A program made the position numbers and the translations under genes. Below, in pieces: positions 34,401-41,060 of a DNA stretch of 64,000 bases (the stretch's first letter is position 1; the number at the start of each line of letters is the position of its first letter). The notes under the pieces are model-generated. The model saw nothing but the letters and a program-made list of their open reading frames with translations. It did not search any database and was not told the origin of the DNA. The DNA is from Endomicrobiales bacterium (GTDB taxonomy: Bacteria; Elusimicrobiota; Endomicrobiia; Endomicrobiales; CAWCFT01), in the NCBI GenBank assembly GCA_963794945.1, contig CAWCFT010000001.1:192001-256000 (forward strand). The letters are read 5' to 3'.

Positions 34401-37400
34401 TTGCAATGTTAATAGCGCTGCGCTAAACCAGTGCGCGCGCTCATCGTCACTCAACAATTTATTTTTTTGCGCTTTATATTCCCTGTAAAGCATGTCGACA
34501 GTATCTTTATTGAGTGTCACAAGCGTTATCAGGCAGCTGTCAGGTAATCCCGGGAACCTTGAACGCTCTCCTTCAACCCTTTGCCTGAATTCTTCACTGT
34601 TCTTCATCTGCTGTTTGGCAATTTCTTTGGCTATCTTAATGGAATCAATTAAATTACCCGGGATAACCTTGATCTTTTGGCCGGTAACAGAATCCGTCTT
34701 GTAATACCCGTTGGAATTGACGTGAAGAACGTTCGGCACATTGGTAGCGGCAAAACAAATGTCTCCAGCGACCGGTATATTGTAAGTGGCCTGGCTAAAA
34801 TCCCTGACCATGCTGCCGAACGCGCCGAGCATGCCGCCGAACCCGCCCTGATCGGGCGAAACGGCGAACCTGCCCAGCAGGTCATTCGGCCCATAGAGGC
34901 GTATGCCGTCGCCGGCTATGGGGTGGTCGGGGTTCGCGCCTTCGATCAGTTGCCCCAGCTGCTCAAAGACATGTATATTTACCTTGTGGAACAAAGAAAC
35001 GACCCAGGAAATAGCTTTGTCAAAAAAGCCTAACTGCATCAATACTATAGATATTTCCGTGTTTACGAACCACATGCTGAACCAGCCGGAGGGAAGCCTT
35101 TTCCAGAATTGTGAATTCCCGAATACATCTTTTCGGGAGGCGAGCCTCGCATCTTTTATGGACTGGTCAATGTCTGTCGGTGTTATTATCGGAGGTGTGT
35201 TCTGGTCAATATTGCCGAGAAGGGTTCTGATCTGTTGCTTCTGCACGACACTTGCCTGTATAAACCTGTTTGACTGCCACCGTTTTTTTCCGTCGTGCTC
35301 CATTATGGCGTTAATAATGCCGATAGCCTGAGGGCTGACATTTCCCCTTGCTTTCTGCGCTTCAAGGTAAGCGATTATAGTTGCACCGTCCCACGACCAC
35401 GGCACGAAATTATCGTTGATATCGGAAAACCCATGGGCCGTCCGCAGATTTCTGCTTTCAACTTCCTGCTGCGTCACGGAAGCAGCCGGGATATAATTAA
35501 TGGCCGTTTCTTTGCCATTTTTAACAACCTCCATGTAGCGCTCTTCAAGAGGCAGGTTAAAGAATTCACTATTAAGCAGATTAGCCTTAGCGCTGCGAGT
35601 AGCCCGCGAAAAGCTTCTGACAAAAACAGTTATCAGCGGGCTTAGTATCGCTTGAACTGCAAACCCTTTATAAAGAGTTGACAAAATCGGAATCATCTGC
35701 ATTTTCGCTGCAAGGCCCGGTATAACACCAAGGATATTCATCCCCATCATGGGAACACCAAGATACATCGAAAGCAGATATAGCCCAAGAAGAACAGCCG
35801 GTATCACGGCCATCCTGAAAATATGCCATCCGCGGGCGGTTAGCAAGCCCTGTTTTTCTCCCTTATCGGGCGCCCATTTTACCGCCGCGTAGATATATAC
35901 TGCCGCAAGAATCGGTATGAAGAACAAAGGATTAGACGCAACCAGCGCCAGTATGCTACCTGTTATAAAGGTTGTCACAACAAAGAGATTCGCCCTTTCT
36001 TTAAAGAACCTGAAATGCGCTGCGATAAGCGTTATTTCAAGCACGGGCCTGAGCGTTTCAGCTATCTGCCGCGCGAACATTTTAATTCTGCCTGAAAATG
36101 TTGTTCTTAACTGCTCCTGCTCGCGAAGCTGGTCTACGATAGTCCTGGATATCTCCTGCTGGGAAAGGTAAACTTCCTTGTTCCTGCCCAGCCAGTGGTA
36201 CCTCAAAGCGCTGTCGAGATGTCTTAGGTAAAAACCTCTGAAAAGATGTAAAGCGAACCTTCCTGATACCATGTAAAGCACAGCCGCGCCTGATGATTTT
36301 ATATTAAGCCTGCCCTTATGTATCAAGTCATTCTTTATATTTCTCCACATATCCCCAAAATTCATTTTTTCAATTTCTTCACCGTAATTTTTTTTGGTGT
36401 AGTATGCCTGGTTAAGCTGTTCCAGCCTCTGGTAAACAAGCCACCAGTTTGTTCCGTTTTTACCTCCGGCAAGAAGTTTATCTGCATCGCCGCCCTGAGT
36501 TTGAATAGATTGTCTTACATATTCCTCTCCGCCATATTTCCTGAAAACACGTTCTTTTATTGTTTCGTTTAAAGCTGTTTTCCCGGATATTATTTCATCG
36601 GCCTGGCTTTCCTGCTTGGGTGAGTTAACAGCGCCCCCTCCGGCCGAAGCAGGGGGATTCAAGGCCGAAGTGTTAAACCATGATCCTATCTTTTCAATTA
36701 GTTTTCCTGCCTTATAATCTATCCTGCCGGAATGCCGCAGTTCGGGCATTGCTGACAATGCCGTATTGTAGCCCTTGTTAAATTGTAAAAGCGCGGCGAC
36801 GGAATCCTTTGCGGAACCTGGGTCCACAACGAAAGATTCCGCATAATCGAGGCCATTATCAGGATAGATCCTTTTCAATATTTCCTGAAGTTGAACACGT
36901 TCACGCACTTCAGATTTTAAATAGCAATCTACCGCGGTGCCTGGAAATCCAAGAAATATGCCTAGAATGGAATCACTGATATTTTCGTATTTGTCTGTTC
37001 TTGCTTTACCTGTTGCGAATAGATTGTTAAGCTCGTCAATCTCAAACCCGATTATGTACTGAGAAATAAGCCCGTCTATCTGCTGTTTGTTCATAAAACC
37101 GGACCCCAAACCAAATGGCGCAGTCATTCCCGCTTGCCTGAATTGATCAGCTAGAAAATCTCTATTTTCAGTGAAAACCTTGTTTATTGATTCGATATTG
37201 TAAATATACAGCTCATATTTCCCGGAATAATTGCCGCTCTTTCTTTCCGAAATACATACACCTACCCCAAGTTTTTCAAAAAGTATTTTTGCGTCTTCAC
37301 TTTCATATAGTTTTTTAACGGCCTTCGTTATGATGCCGTAATATCCGGGCTTACCTCCGCCAAATACTGATGCACGAGCCGCACGGCCTTTTACATAATT

Positions 37401-39674
37401 CAGTCCTGAAACATTTAACGTTTTTGCGGTGATCAATTCTTCAAGAAGGGATAAAGATCTAGTATCGAGGCTCCTCAATCTTGCGGCCCTTTCCGCGTCT
37501 TCCGTGTTTTTTCCCCTACCTATCATGGACTTTAATTCCTGTATGCCACGTTCGCCGAGAGCGGCAAGAACTTTGTTTACATTTCCTTCTACGGCCACCC
37601 TTTTTGTCTTACCACTGCTCCAGTTTTCCCTAGCCTTTTTACGCAGCCACCTTACAAACCCGTACGCAACAGCCGCCGCTCCTGCCGTGATCAATACTAT
37701 AACTCCGGCGCTCATCATGCCGTAAGATTGTTGCTGCATAATTGCCGCTGTGCCGGCGTGGGCAAGCATAGGCGAAAGGAATATCAGCCCTAAAGACATG
37801 AATAATCTTAATATGCCGGGCATTTTACTATTCCGTGTAAAATCGTAAGAAATACTAGTTTTATTTATATCTATCGTGTAAATATTTTTACCCGTAGACA
37901 CATTGTAAATACCAGGCTCTTTTGTGGTCACTATCTCCACGCGGCCCGAAATGTTATTCGCCTTCATCCAGGCATTGATCTCTTCCTCGATATCTCGTAT
38001 TGAAAGCTTTTGAGCAGCAGCCCGCCTGGCCCACGCGCCTATCATAATATCTACTGCATCCCGCGGCATCCCGACGTCCAGAAGCACTGGAGCGAAGAAT
38101 GAGTTAACGAACCTGTTCACATTAAGCGTTCCGCTGAAAGTCTCACGGTAAATGCTGTTATCGTATGCAGTGGTTATCGCGGGCATCAAAGTGATGTTAG
38201 AAATAGCTTCTCTATCGAAATACTGAGTAACATCCGAATGGAAACCTCCAGTTACCATGATAATGATATTCTTGTATTGCGCGAGCTTGTCAGCGCTGCA
38301 AAGCTGGTCGGGAGGCTGCTGGGGTAAAGGCCCGGTGTAAGTTTTACCGATATATTCTCTTGCAGCGTTATAAAATATTGAGTTTCTTTCCTTATTTGCA
38401 TCATAAAAACCAAATAATTCATTTTCATGTTCTGTGAGGTAAGATAAAACATCGTTTAATTCGGTGTCATCAATATATTTCTTTAATGTCGCCTTGAATT
38501 TAGAATTATTGCATTTTAAGTACTCGTAATCCTGTGACCCAAGTTTGAGCTGACAGAAATCACCCAGATATTCGTCCATTTCCGACAAAAATAGCATTTC
38601 TTTGTCCAGCAAAGTATCTGCGTGCTTTTCAAGCGCCCTCCGCAGGAAAGCCTTTTCTTCATACAGAAAAGATACTGGATTGATAGAATTTGTTAAACGG
38701 ATATAATCGAGAAATTTGTCAAGGTTCGGGTACGCACGCATGTATGGAGTGTACAACCTGGAAAGTTCTGAAAGTGCCAGATAGTATTCATTTTTGTGCT
38801 CTTTATTTCCTGACAGGGCCACGAGCTTTTCATATGCCCCGAAAGGAGCCTGAGTCTTCAATTCCTCCACATATGCCCTGTGTTCCATGTCAAGCTTGTA
38901 ATAGTTGATAGTTTCATTTACCTGCCTCAGCCTTAGGTACCTTTCGAGGTGCGGGTAACTATGCAGTGAAATGCCGCTTTCGTAGCTCAGCCGTTCAATT
39001 TCCCTATAGTAGGACTGAGGAGCGCCTTCTCTGCTGTTATCAATATATCTTTCATATTTTTTGATCTTCCCGGAAAGATAGTTCTCTTTGAGCTCCCCAA
39101 CCCATTTATGGATCTTCCCGACTTGCCTGCCGTATTCATCCTGAGATGAAAGTATTGAGTTGATCCTCTTTAGATTCTCGTTATATATGTCCCATTTTTC
39201 AAGCCCGAAAAGAATATTATTATTTCGCGTAACGGCGTAGTATTCGGCCCCGGAGATCAGCCCGTTATGGAGCAATCCGTCAAGCAGATATTTCTTCGTG
39301 CCGTTTCCGGGCAATGAGGAAAGAAAGCTTGTATCAACATGGCCCTGCGGTGCTCCTTCTGTAAGTATCGCGGAGACTTTATAGTGGTTGTCTAAATACT
39401 CAATAATGCCGAAGATGTTTTTCTGTACTTCGGGATCGCAGTGCAGGTCTTGAACACAAACTACCAGCGTGTCAGTGTGATACAGCTGTGAATCGATGAC
39501 TTTACCTAATTCATTAGGCACAGGAGATCGGTCTATCACACGTGAAAGCCGGGACGCTGCGGTGTTGTTATCAAGCAGTATCTCCACGCCTTTTAGCGGC
39601 TCGCAAAGCACAAATGAAAAAGCAAACGCGCTAAGTGTTATAAGTGTGACATAGTATTGAATTTTTTTGATCAT
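19479..39674 (-). CDS. Giant multi-domain envelope protein (about 6730 aa as sequenced; about 7970 aa if joined with 15769-19365)
   Basis: 20-kb uninterrupted ORF; N-terminal signal/TM segment, QDLHC..EG..SGAEY..GGFHS domain, TM clusters, beta-rich region, YD-like repeats, internal duplications. Confidence 0.9.
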   Translation of the reverse strand: MIKKIQYYVTLITLSAFAFSFVLCEPLKGVEILLDNNTAASRLSRVIDRSPVPNELGKVIDSQLYHTDTLVVCVQDLHCDPEVQKNIFGIIEYLDNHYKVSAILTEGAPQGHVDTSFLSSLPGNGTKKYLLDGLLHNGLISGAEYYAVTRNNNILFGLEKWDIYNENLKRINSILSSQDEYGRQVGKIHKWVGELKENYLSGKIKKYERYIDNSREGAPQSYYREIERLSYESGISLHSYPHLERYLRLRQVNETINYYKLDMEHRAYVEELKTQAPFGAYEKLVALSGNKEHKNEYYLALSELSRLYTPYMRAYPNLDKFLDYIRLTNSINPVSFLYEEKAFLRRALEKHADTLLDKEMLFLSEMDEYLGDFCQLKLGSQDYEYLKCNNSKFKATLKKYIDDTELNDVLSYLTEHENELFGFYDANKERNSIFYNAAREYIGKTYTGPLPQQPPDQLCSADKLAQYKNIIIMVTGGFHSDVTQYFDREAISNITLMPAITTAYDNSIYRETFSGTLNVNRFVNSFFAPVLLDVGMPRDAVDIMIGAWARRAAAQKLSIRDIEEEINAWMKANNISGRVEIVTTKEPGIYNVSTGKNIYTIDINKTSISYDFTRNSKMPGILRLFMSLGLIFLSPMLAHAGTAAIMQQQSYGMMSAGVIVLITAGAAAVAYGFVRWLRKKARENWSSGKTKRVAVEGNVNKVLAALGERGIQELKSMIGRGKNTEDAERAARLRSLDTRSLSLLEELITAKTLNVSGLNYVKGRAARASVFGGGKPGYYGIITKAVKKLYESEDAKILFEKLGVGVCISERKSGNYSGKYELYIYNIESINKVFTENRDFLADQFRQAGMTAPFGLGSGFMNKQQIDGLISQYIIGFEIDELNNLFATGKARTDKYENISDSILGIFLGFPGTAVDCYLKSEVRERVQLQEILKRIYPDNGLDYAESFVVDPGSAKDSVAALLQFNKGYNTALSAMPELRHSGRIDYKAGKLIEKIGSWFNTSALNPPASAGGGAVNSPKQESQADEIISGKTALNETIKERVFRKYGGEEYVRQSIQTQGGDADKLLAGGKNGTNWWLVYQRLEQLNQAYYTKKNYGEEIEKMNFGDMWRNIKNDLIHKGRLNIKSSGAAVLYMVSGRFALHLFRGFYLRHLDSALRYHWLGRNKEVYLSQQEISRTIVDQLREQEQLRTTFSGRIKMFARQIAETLRPVLEITLIAAHFRFFKERANLFVVTTFITGSILALVASNPLFFIPILAAVYIYAAVKWAPDKGEKQGLLTARGWHIFRMAVIPAVLLGLYLLSMYLGVPMMGMNILGVIPGLAAKMQMIPILSTLYKGFAVQAILSPLITVFVRSFSRATRSAKANLLNSEFFNLPLEERYMEVVKNGKETAINYIPAASVTQQEVESRNLRTAHGFSDINDNFVPWSWDGATIIAYLEAQKARGNVSPQAIGIINAIMEHDGKKRWQSNRFIQASVVQKQQIRTLLGNIDQNTPPIITPTDIDQSIKDARLASRKDVFGNSQFWKRLPSGWFSMWFVNTEISIVLMQLGFFDKAISWVVSLFHKVNIHVFEQLGQLIEGANPDHPIAGDGIRLYGPNDLLGRFAVSPDQGGFGGMLGAFGSMVRDFSQATYNIPVAGDICFAATNVPNVLHVNSNGYYKTDSVTGQKIKVIPGNLIDSIKIAKEIAKQQMKNSEEFRQRVEGERSRFPGLPDSCLITLVTLNKDTVDMLYREYKAQKNKLLSDDERAHWFSAALLTLQNQKNTRIQEQKEIQVQEQNNNQPQKQMLVPEDNRQIDGSHKEFMPSGKVQDNNKIYRSGSKNSIPAEEYEGPEDIGKWFNNELETRMDGIRGSLEMLNFKEYELSRTMMLLNMANTDEKTSQKVMAELKEAFYSLNDAIKHEEIGFAMKKIFDKNGVKYDGNMEPVIKKSGGLVSRLPISSLSFGPNFLYSHQGLKPSLGLAVEADLYNPERRENRNIALLTKDLMELNLKENSLDLIHHFNDINTIISEIEKLDVKAMQDNADMQALYKQALKQREIIQGYIREKGITDNVVKNIDINITSAAKPEDEEASISAFVDESLKHTLNNQRNELADKLITSQITKAKSGLQVKLEVSLPNMQAVTFIIKGNADKLLTKYGAELNQKIEEQKQKLAADILRADLLHSIRNLKNAYLADKSSLDYQLNIALAKNDLKRLTDAGTSESNSVSLKLAFFQGEEPGKLVDNQPQESNASKESSNIKNLESEITYLTEIRDQILLPAEKSGKISEGTKIVVPAGVNPASLFYAGFMDFMSLSGKMKDVLHPHGTEKVRKEMNKKIEEINLMIKQKTDARDVLMANVAKREKGENEPENNIKLKSAGISNGNFIFTYQNTGPPSGKSDLKLYMPGASEMLKVVNGSANLSVNMLNVLYPALQLNPLHDHLSSDSGTLPNLDGSFNGTNQVTPSLAGYAASDVMDKNSTFHWNNNNNLLEQQITTNMTGQSDALGNRHFIQSSTFDQQNQPGSGFTTSKISARGSFLGDRLTYNTDIYSYKNEQYSANGTPMDVTTLKFMPKTTLKFSDTNTGTDINFGAYNAFNANSKYTLSSSQRITMSNNLVMAPWADWALLPAGNQAKDSFTGNYGLVARLYDFTTSLAMKTTPGKTEIANDNIKYFMQFREGWGDITVGAKNLVASRLNPGDANVPPDYNFLNPTNASTLNTVSLNTAREYYVNMKDSKLIGIGPNKGDLIFSYFDADQRLKLDYALYMPAASEALKAVNFGTDMSVKAAGQGQVWAGAMVNNIGLKYTQNINSFSGANKYTANGEVFVNPSKNIALSLGGGVKDGKQGTVSSGAEYNHPGKNLGDYSLQMKADPNGVSIGNSHTWGVSLGVLFHIIKEKNTGNGTAIETGRVMNPMDLSMQADVTPDVARKAQLLSQDNLMQQLLCIPPDFKFGSASPYMQNIEKNLYTLAKTINDNSGYFNAVQAQAEMKTKKEIVNKTEREYVKDVINASKEISDKTRRDEIISVLKRSLQNKPGYLAEYQSLDQFSVAKTEAETLKAKIERYRGRLLGTGDMDTKEINSYSALIAAGYTDKDIAQLLDAKIEVKRILESSPELQAELRPPQEGTEAFESMFIQFLEQKRFENGAATEVLRDNFREEFKYNYSDWKVTYYARQLVARYKEALGRSPGSDSKTVWDNIMRSAWDELRLGKCVSDYTYRVSDEVCGAVKKFGASLGKDVYEVETLRDKQGRILELTGISHEGSKVFKISNDNVMPTLEIFDFPHGSGENTAHSIVYEFKCDDAALGSWIIGKSGSMKPDLIGRIVGDKTYTIERRGNWMRWVDVEGTKFLPGHREIRYGDAYLQTEGDKKFEETFTRKENNDGSYTKSFIKDGIADREETYLWQLEADMPLSTIFHYSEFGVPLVEIFEGQNGMQSKVYLWNEAAGRRGEDPVYVNTYTYDSGLYNRILKTRDNNATGLHEDWNDVSPDGSVFKYRGKITSADGKAVAVKTSTQARYSEERTDTNEDLLAATKDIKTVNLETGKDILKRYDFRGNRIYTETGGFGDNTYIRTLVREYADKRPSETGLINLRTIESEQLTYDKKNNILKTSLGAVNGQTMKQAYTRENVTEGTRTYGETNVLTGADVFVTYSISDESKSKPLYKTEISAMDYNSMKKTTATIKYREDGIIDWEKIRQNELADNSVKQFGSSIGKDVYAVETKRDSEGKILELIATSVNGSRLFRVINDNIIPNIEIYDYSQKDGTAHALLYEFTDAAISKSSIDGLKPGSIGRIVGEKTYRIERPGDSMRWIDVKGTKFLPGHREIRYGEVYQHTDKDKNFEETFVKRENEDDTYTKYYYKAGLIDRTETYLWRLEDEMPVSKIFYSTDYGAPLIEVFEGRDNMESKMYLWDEKTGNRGQNPVFENTYIYDSRYYDRIISTKDNKVTGLHEEWNDVSPNPDNIKFEGKITGPAGALIATIITEQARYSNTRTETKDNMNGNKDIKTMNIITGNEQANKYDFKSNRIYSETYAPGDNTYLRSFVREYDDKRPNEGGWINQRTKENELTIYDQKNRPIIVTSYGAVEGLSLKQSYLRRDITEQINTRGERDIVTGADLSRAYSAYDKAYKYPLYMTEISDIDYTSMRNTVSTVKYREDAEGRENRFVEWIENGFINPLFNAGNFTKTLADGRTLSVTTGLAENNKPLINSAGDYYKTVEYKLLGQKENITLNTDMTPHESVTTSNNGTFVEKKALNARSADGTICNRVEEADGETAVEYLNGFCGSVVSKEKYFNDKRTSRTDYGFKNNKSGEVYFSVLTVNDKLGTETEESRGAHRDGYTQWIETRNKTTKEPVTVLNSNDGITFNGFNYDTKELMDQHALYIGGPINEKTTFTPSANDLNSTRDIKCKEHLYINDDGTAIMVSEYPKTKNNRAEQYEFYGGVLNESRETGPDDFVIVNKTRLNASGTEYKLDYYNGVSEIHTMAYPGDIPAEIKASDISGVNIYSMQNNGNKNTYTYANGDVSEQALKYRGGPVETMTTWSSPSRNTVKTTGTVRFDEKNRSWGLELIYPNSNSKHFENKDFLWRDGPIVKDEVFSAGDLSKGNFSGNKSKVRVSLTESGFNSSDNKLHQVSHYYGEHDLTAEIRAEDYTLLFMNGPPAEGANTATIREYRYKYDGTRVPSNKETVTYKVDIDYPQPNYVYRTETVYRTDNGIRMPYFDSKQQLKNILGAWKPVSQELRYQKWMQPAYGLLKTSFAYDEKKTGLPLENTADYINPTGAPVTLRTKTERMFNYNELKNSKHISQGEQGIIKEVERVRDEIARLVKTNSKDNAVPDIVIPAENLFVGMVYETSSDRSGNIIPEKYLGMSLYLNDIAGLRLVASEDINAVTTERKINIKYELNNGQTVEHGYTRGTTGKLGAVNHGVDYPVYFKLTGPWKNDLVDINRAPIFQGQNELKRDEVQEYYPLPHKDRIFLRAYDAILAMIYHAKDIIIDKNTGSFTYKKGPPELMMIYRSLREGKDVLPKYYTTPALSWALILSVLSAAFVLPSVFIKLYRKKKNDALYKSNATTQQQASGTIDYQGSEKANDDKAQVTNESGNGASNGNGNSLVNEGLNGDILTPIEKSEKLLDEWEAMLNIRRTTGFSGQDIDDLLNKAMKIINLTPFEVKKANKNLLGLHKNYGNMYKLSLETMRILKLTESKIPDNDEEKKEELNLVLSEFGDIAQYASNYADIASSQDNLNLMSNYVMNKDNIFEKRLPLLKISVMTVVRIVYGFWLGIRVSSGRMKSSVRKLVKLGNAIDPELYDDQENTIRDTDNYADSIVQQEKVPSFGIKQYWKFRRAVPRIIGVLTLLFSVFSFAFISSEITLDLVRGLICGIGISAGASLFLVWRGLVDEYSEHQKINIDKNLKRYMTDNHEDKFRDMEYKTAIRTWKKEMDSEKPNADIVLVMAEQSMVGKYEELFKEKSHKFVRKDTKFKVVPYNGNDGAAYCEAFSYLSDAYPGSNEFGRSIILITGKDDWDSVTNTVSLPGIDDLTLPDKEDINNIEFQLMNGYRAAKALADEGRGGKIFVDAALHYVGPIRRRDEITMVGSWADYKQVEDQNLKLVLGMNDGHVRKLYQDFKLEDINDKLERHMLTGVYDKSNIKKRQMPVLSGITLFSFDTHKKEQEFIELLRYEPKDFSLTNDIVNPLILLKREGSKEMYKSLISRNIFANKEQRDPMLKLLDTYDNLYAKDNSVPFEFWLYMPHLHETYITNGRALHNTPVDNVDKANPKRPENVDGGSPSHDELMTPYENAEKYLDELDCLTQAKKDNFTEDDAVMARNKVKLIMNLTPFKMEKAKSNLANLYWIYDKLEKRSMETIDSLKKTYKIIPENDVKKKEKIGLIIAEFNSISKYAVNYMGAVSSLDNIGVMSGYFMPHGKFLETSGLMSFMRFWFGFSFGLASSSFGAKDRVRKIVGIGNAIDPGLYDIPEQTIQEADKYADSIEHADKSNAIGIGKRWPLRRALPRILGLLVFLYSILDIALLHTGIPTSFIISLIVFGFMSLGISWYCILKGLDTHYELKLKGIDNATEGFVTGDYTQRFRRIEYEDTIKSWEQEMASEKPSADIVLIMAVSENVNKYEQLFSAGSDRFIRNDVPFKVIPYEGNDGAAYAEAYRYLAENYPAVKKNGRAIILVTGANEWHSITSAVSIPGTKKIKLPSGNDIKNIEYQLMNGYKASRMLAEEKRGGKIFIDVELQYTGPVKRSGEITLVGSWANFNQVEDQKLKLVLESFDGRIKKLYHDFKLEEINDKLERHMLTGVYDRTNSKKRQMPVLSGITLFSFDKEENEDEFTDLLSEEPRGFSMTKDVFNPLILLKHEGFNKMYKSLISRNVFPNKLNRDPMLKLFDNYNKRYDNGNSMPFDFWVYMAHPQETYITRGSVHETPAKDADDIHTASFYGFFDWTPWIMALGLESKIKAKISSVPEAVEGDKEVVKRAEDVPAKGFTMAHETALEIFNGAGMSVQNDESLKKYITGQKWLNGYLDKVQIDIVRGLPQNKIFNGSGKAGEFYDLGRLVTYNRDQAGVLHVLIHEKFFGAYPGIERETLALVVALHEFLEEYFVSQKNMSLQQAHELVDRSGFGENIVGQITSLADINMIDRIKKNWEVVKPQVQIVAARAPLSRVAPVKDRYDIVKNEIRALRSVTSPFAAVKEIGRIVTPLTRQEIQNRMYYKGVMPVSYEVTGTFKKQIMELAALNKGGLGITLLKEAANTSAKAFSV
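20505..24410 (-). repeat. Tandem intragenic duplication B (2 x about 660 aa)
   Basis: NLTPF, GNAIDP.LYD, GNDGAAY, INDKLERHMLTGVYD, KRQMPVLSGITLFSFD and ETYIT each present twice. Confidence 0.92.
27285..30075 (-). repeat. Tandem intragenic duplication A (2 x about 470 aa)
   Basis: VKKFGASLGKDVYEVET / VKQFGSSIGKDVYAVET; GTKFLPGHREIRYG and TGLHE.WNDVSP in both copies; each ends KYRED. Confidence 0.92.
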
Positions 39675-39907
39675 AAATTGCCGTCTTTGGATACTATATG
39701 CCTTGATTTTCACGGGGTGGCTGCGGTCTCTATTATTGCCGTTTCTTACCTGTACTGACCGATCTTATAACGGCAAACACTTCTGGTATGCGTTTCCTGC
39801 GGCGTCTTGAGAAAATGCCGGTTCTCTTTAGATAGTTGCCAATAATCGTCAGCATCTGGCAATACATAATATTTTTAATCATTAATACACCTCTCATGCT
39901 CAATAAG

Positions 39908-39961
39908 AATATACCCAAAATCGATTAAGCGTATATAAAGATAATGTTAATATTCCGTTAA
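39908..39961 (-). promoter_or_regulatory. Pho-box-like array and -10 element facing the giant gene
   Basis: TTAACG, TTAACA, TTTATA, TTAATC starting at 39961, 39950, 39939, 39928 (11-bp period); TATATT at 39913. Confidence 0.7.
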
Positions 39962-39979
39962 TTCAGCCGACGGAATAAC

Positions 39980-40033
39980 TTTACCAAGATTTAACAAAAC
40001 ATTAATACCATATTAATTAAAAAACTATACTAT
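39980..40033 (+). promoter_or_regulatory. Pho-box-like array and -10 element facing olsB
   Basis: TTTACC, TTAACA, TTAATA, TTAATT at 39980, 39991, 40002, 40013; TACTAT at 40028. Confidence 0.7.
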
Positions 40034-40076
40034 GTACCCAAGAACATGCGGAGTATCTATAAGGAGAAGAACAAAC

Positions 40077-41060
40077 ATGACAAATTCAGTGCTCATCAAA
40101 CAGCAGCCTTTCCCAAAGTTTCCCGATGCTTTCAACACCGGCCCAGTTCTTACAAAACCATATAGGCTGGCGTTCAATGTTTTTCATCCCAAGATCCGGC
40201 TCTGCCTCCACAAAGGTAGATATACAGTCAAGACGGTTTCTGAGCCCGCTGAACTGGAAAAAGTCCTTCAACTCCGCCACGAAGTATTTTGCATAGAAAA
40301 GGCTGGAAGAACACCCTACATAGGCATCGATTGGGACCGGTTTGATCTTATCTGCGACCATCTTATGGTGATCGACAGGCTTTCATCTAAAATAGTGGGG
40401 ACCTATCGTCTAAACTCATCTCTATTTACAAAAAACTTTTACTCCGCTAAGGAATTTAATATCGATAACATAATCAAACTGCCAGGCACAAAACTCGAAC
40501 TCGGGAGAGCGTGCATTCACAAGGAATTCAGGAATGGCATTATGATCGCTCTGTTGTGGCGAGGTATCTGCGAATACATGAAAATGACCGGCACAAAATA
40601 CCTTTTTGGTTGTTCCAGTGTTGACACAACTGACCATGAAGAGATCAACAATATCTATAACTATTTCCTTGTAAATCACTATAGCCAGGACAACCTGAGA
40701 GTATTTCCTAAAATTAAATATACGGCTATAAACCGGAACCTTATGCGTGGTCACATTCTTTCAAATGACGGGACTATCAACCGGGTGCATCAATATTCCA
40801 CAGATATACACAATAGCCTTGAACACCTGAAAAACAATGCCGGTAAAGGATGTTCAACAAAAGACCGTGAACAAAGTAATTCGGCTTCATCTTCTTCCAA
40901 TAACGACATAGCTATCCCGCCTCTTATAAAGGCGTATTTAAGGGCTGGAGCCGTTATTTGCGGCGAACCGGCGCTCGACAGTTATTTCCGCTGCACTGAT
41001 TTCTTTACGTTTCTGGATGTTGAACTCATGAATAAATCGATTGAGAGGAGGTTCTCATGA
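40077..41060 (+). CDS. olsB: GNAT-family amino-lipid N-acyltransferase (OlsB-like)
   Basis: LRHEVF, DRFD..CDHL, IVGTYRL, FYSAKEF, LELGRACIH..FR, YLFGCSS, IPPLIKAYLRAGA, DFF. Confidence 0.82.
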   Translation: MTNSVLIKQQPFPKFPDAFNTGPVLTKPYRLAFNVFHPKIRLCLHKGRYTVKTVSEPAELEKVLQLRHEVFCIEKAGRTPYIGIDWDRFDLICDHLMVIDRLSSKIVGTYRLNSSLFTKNFYSAKEFNIDNIIKLPGTKLELGRACIHKEFRNGIMIALLWRGICEYMKMTGTKYLFGCSSVDTTDHEEINNIYNYFLVNHYSQDNLRVFPKIKYTAINRNLMRGHILSNDGTINRVHQYSTDIHNSLEHLKNNAGKGCSTKDREQSNSASSSSNNDIAIPPLIKAYLRAGAVICGEPALDSYFRCTDFFTFLDVELMNKSIERRFS

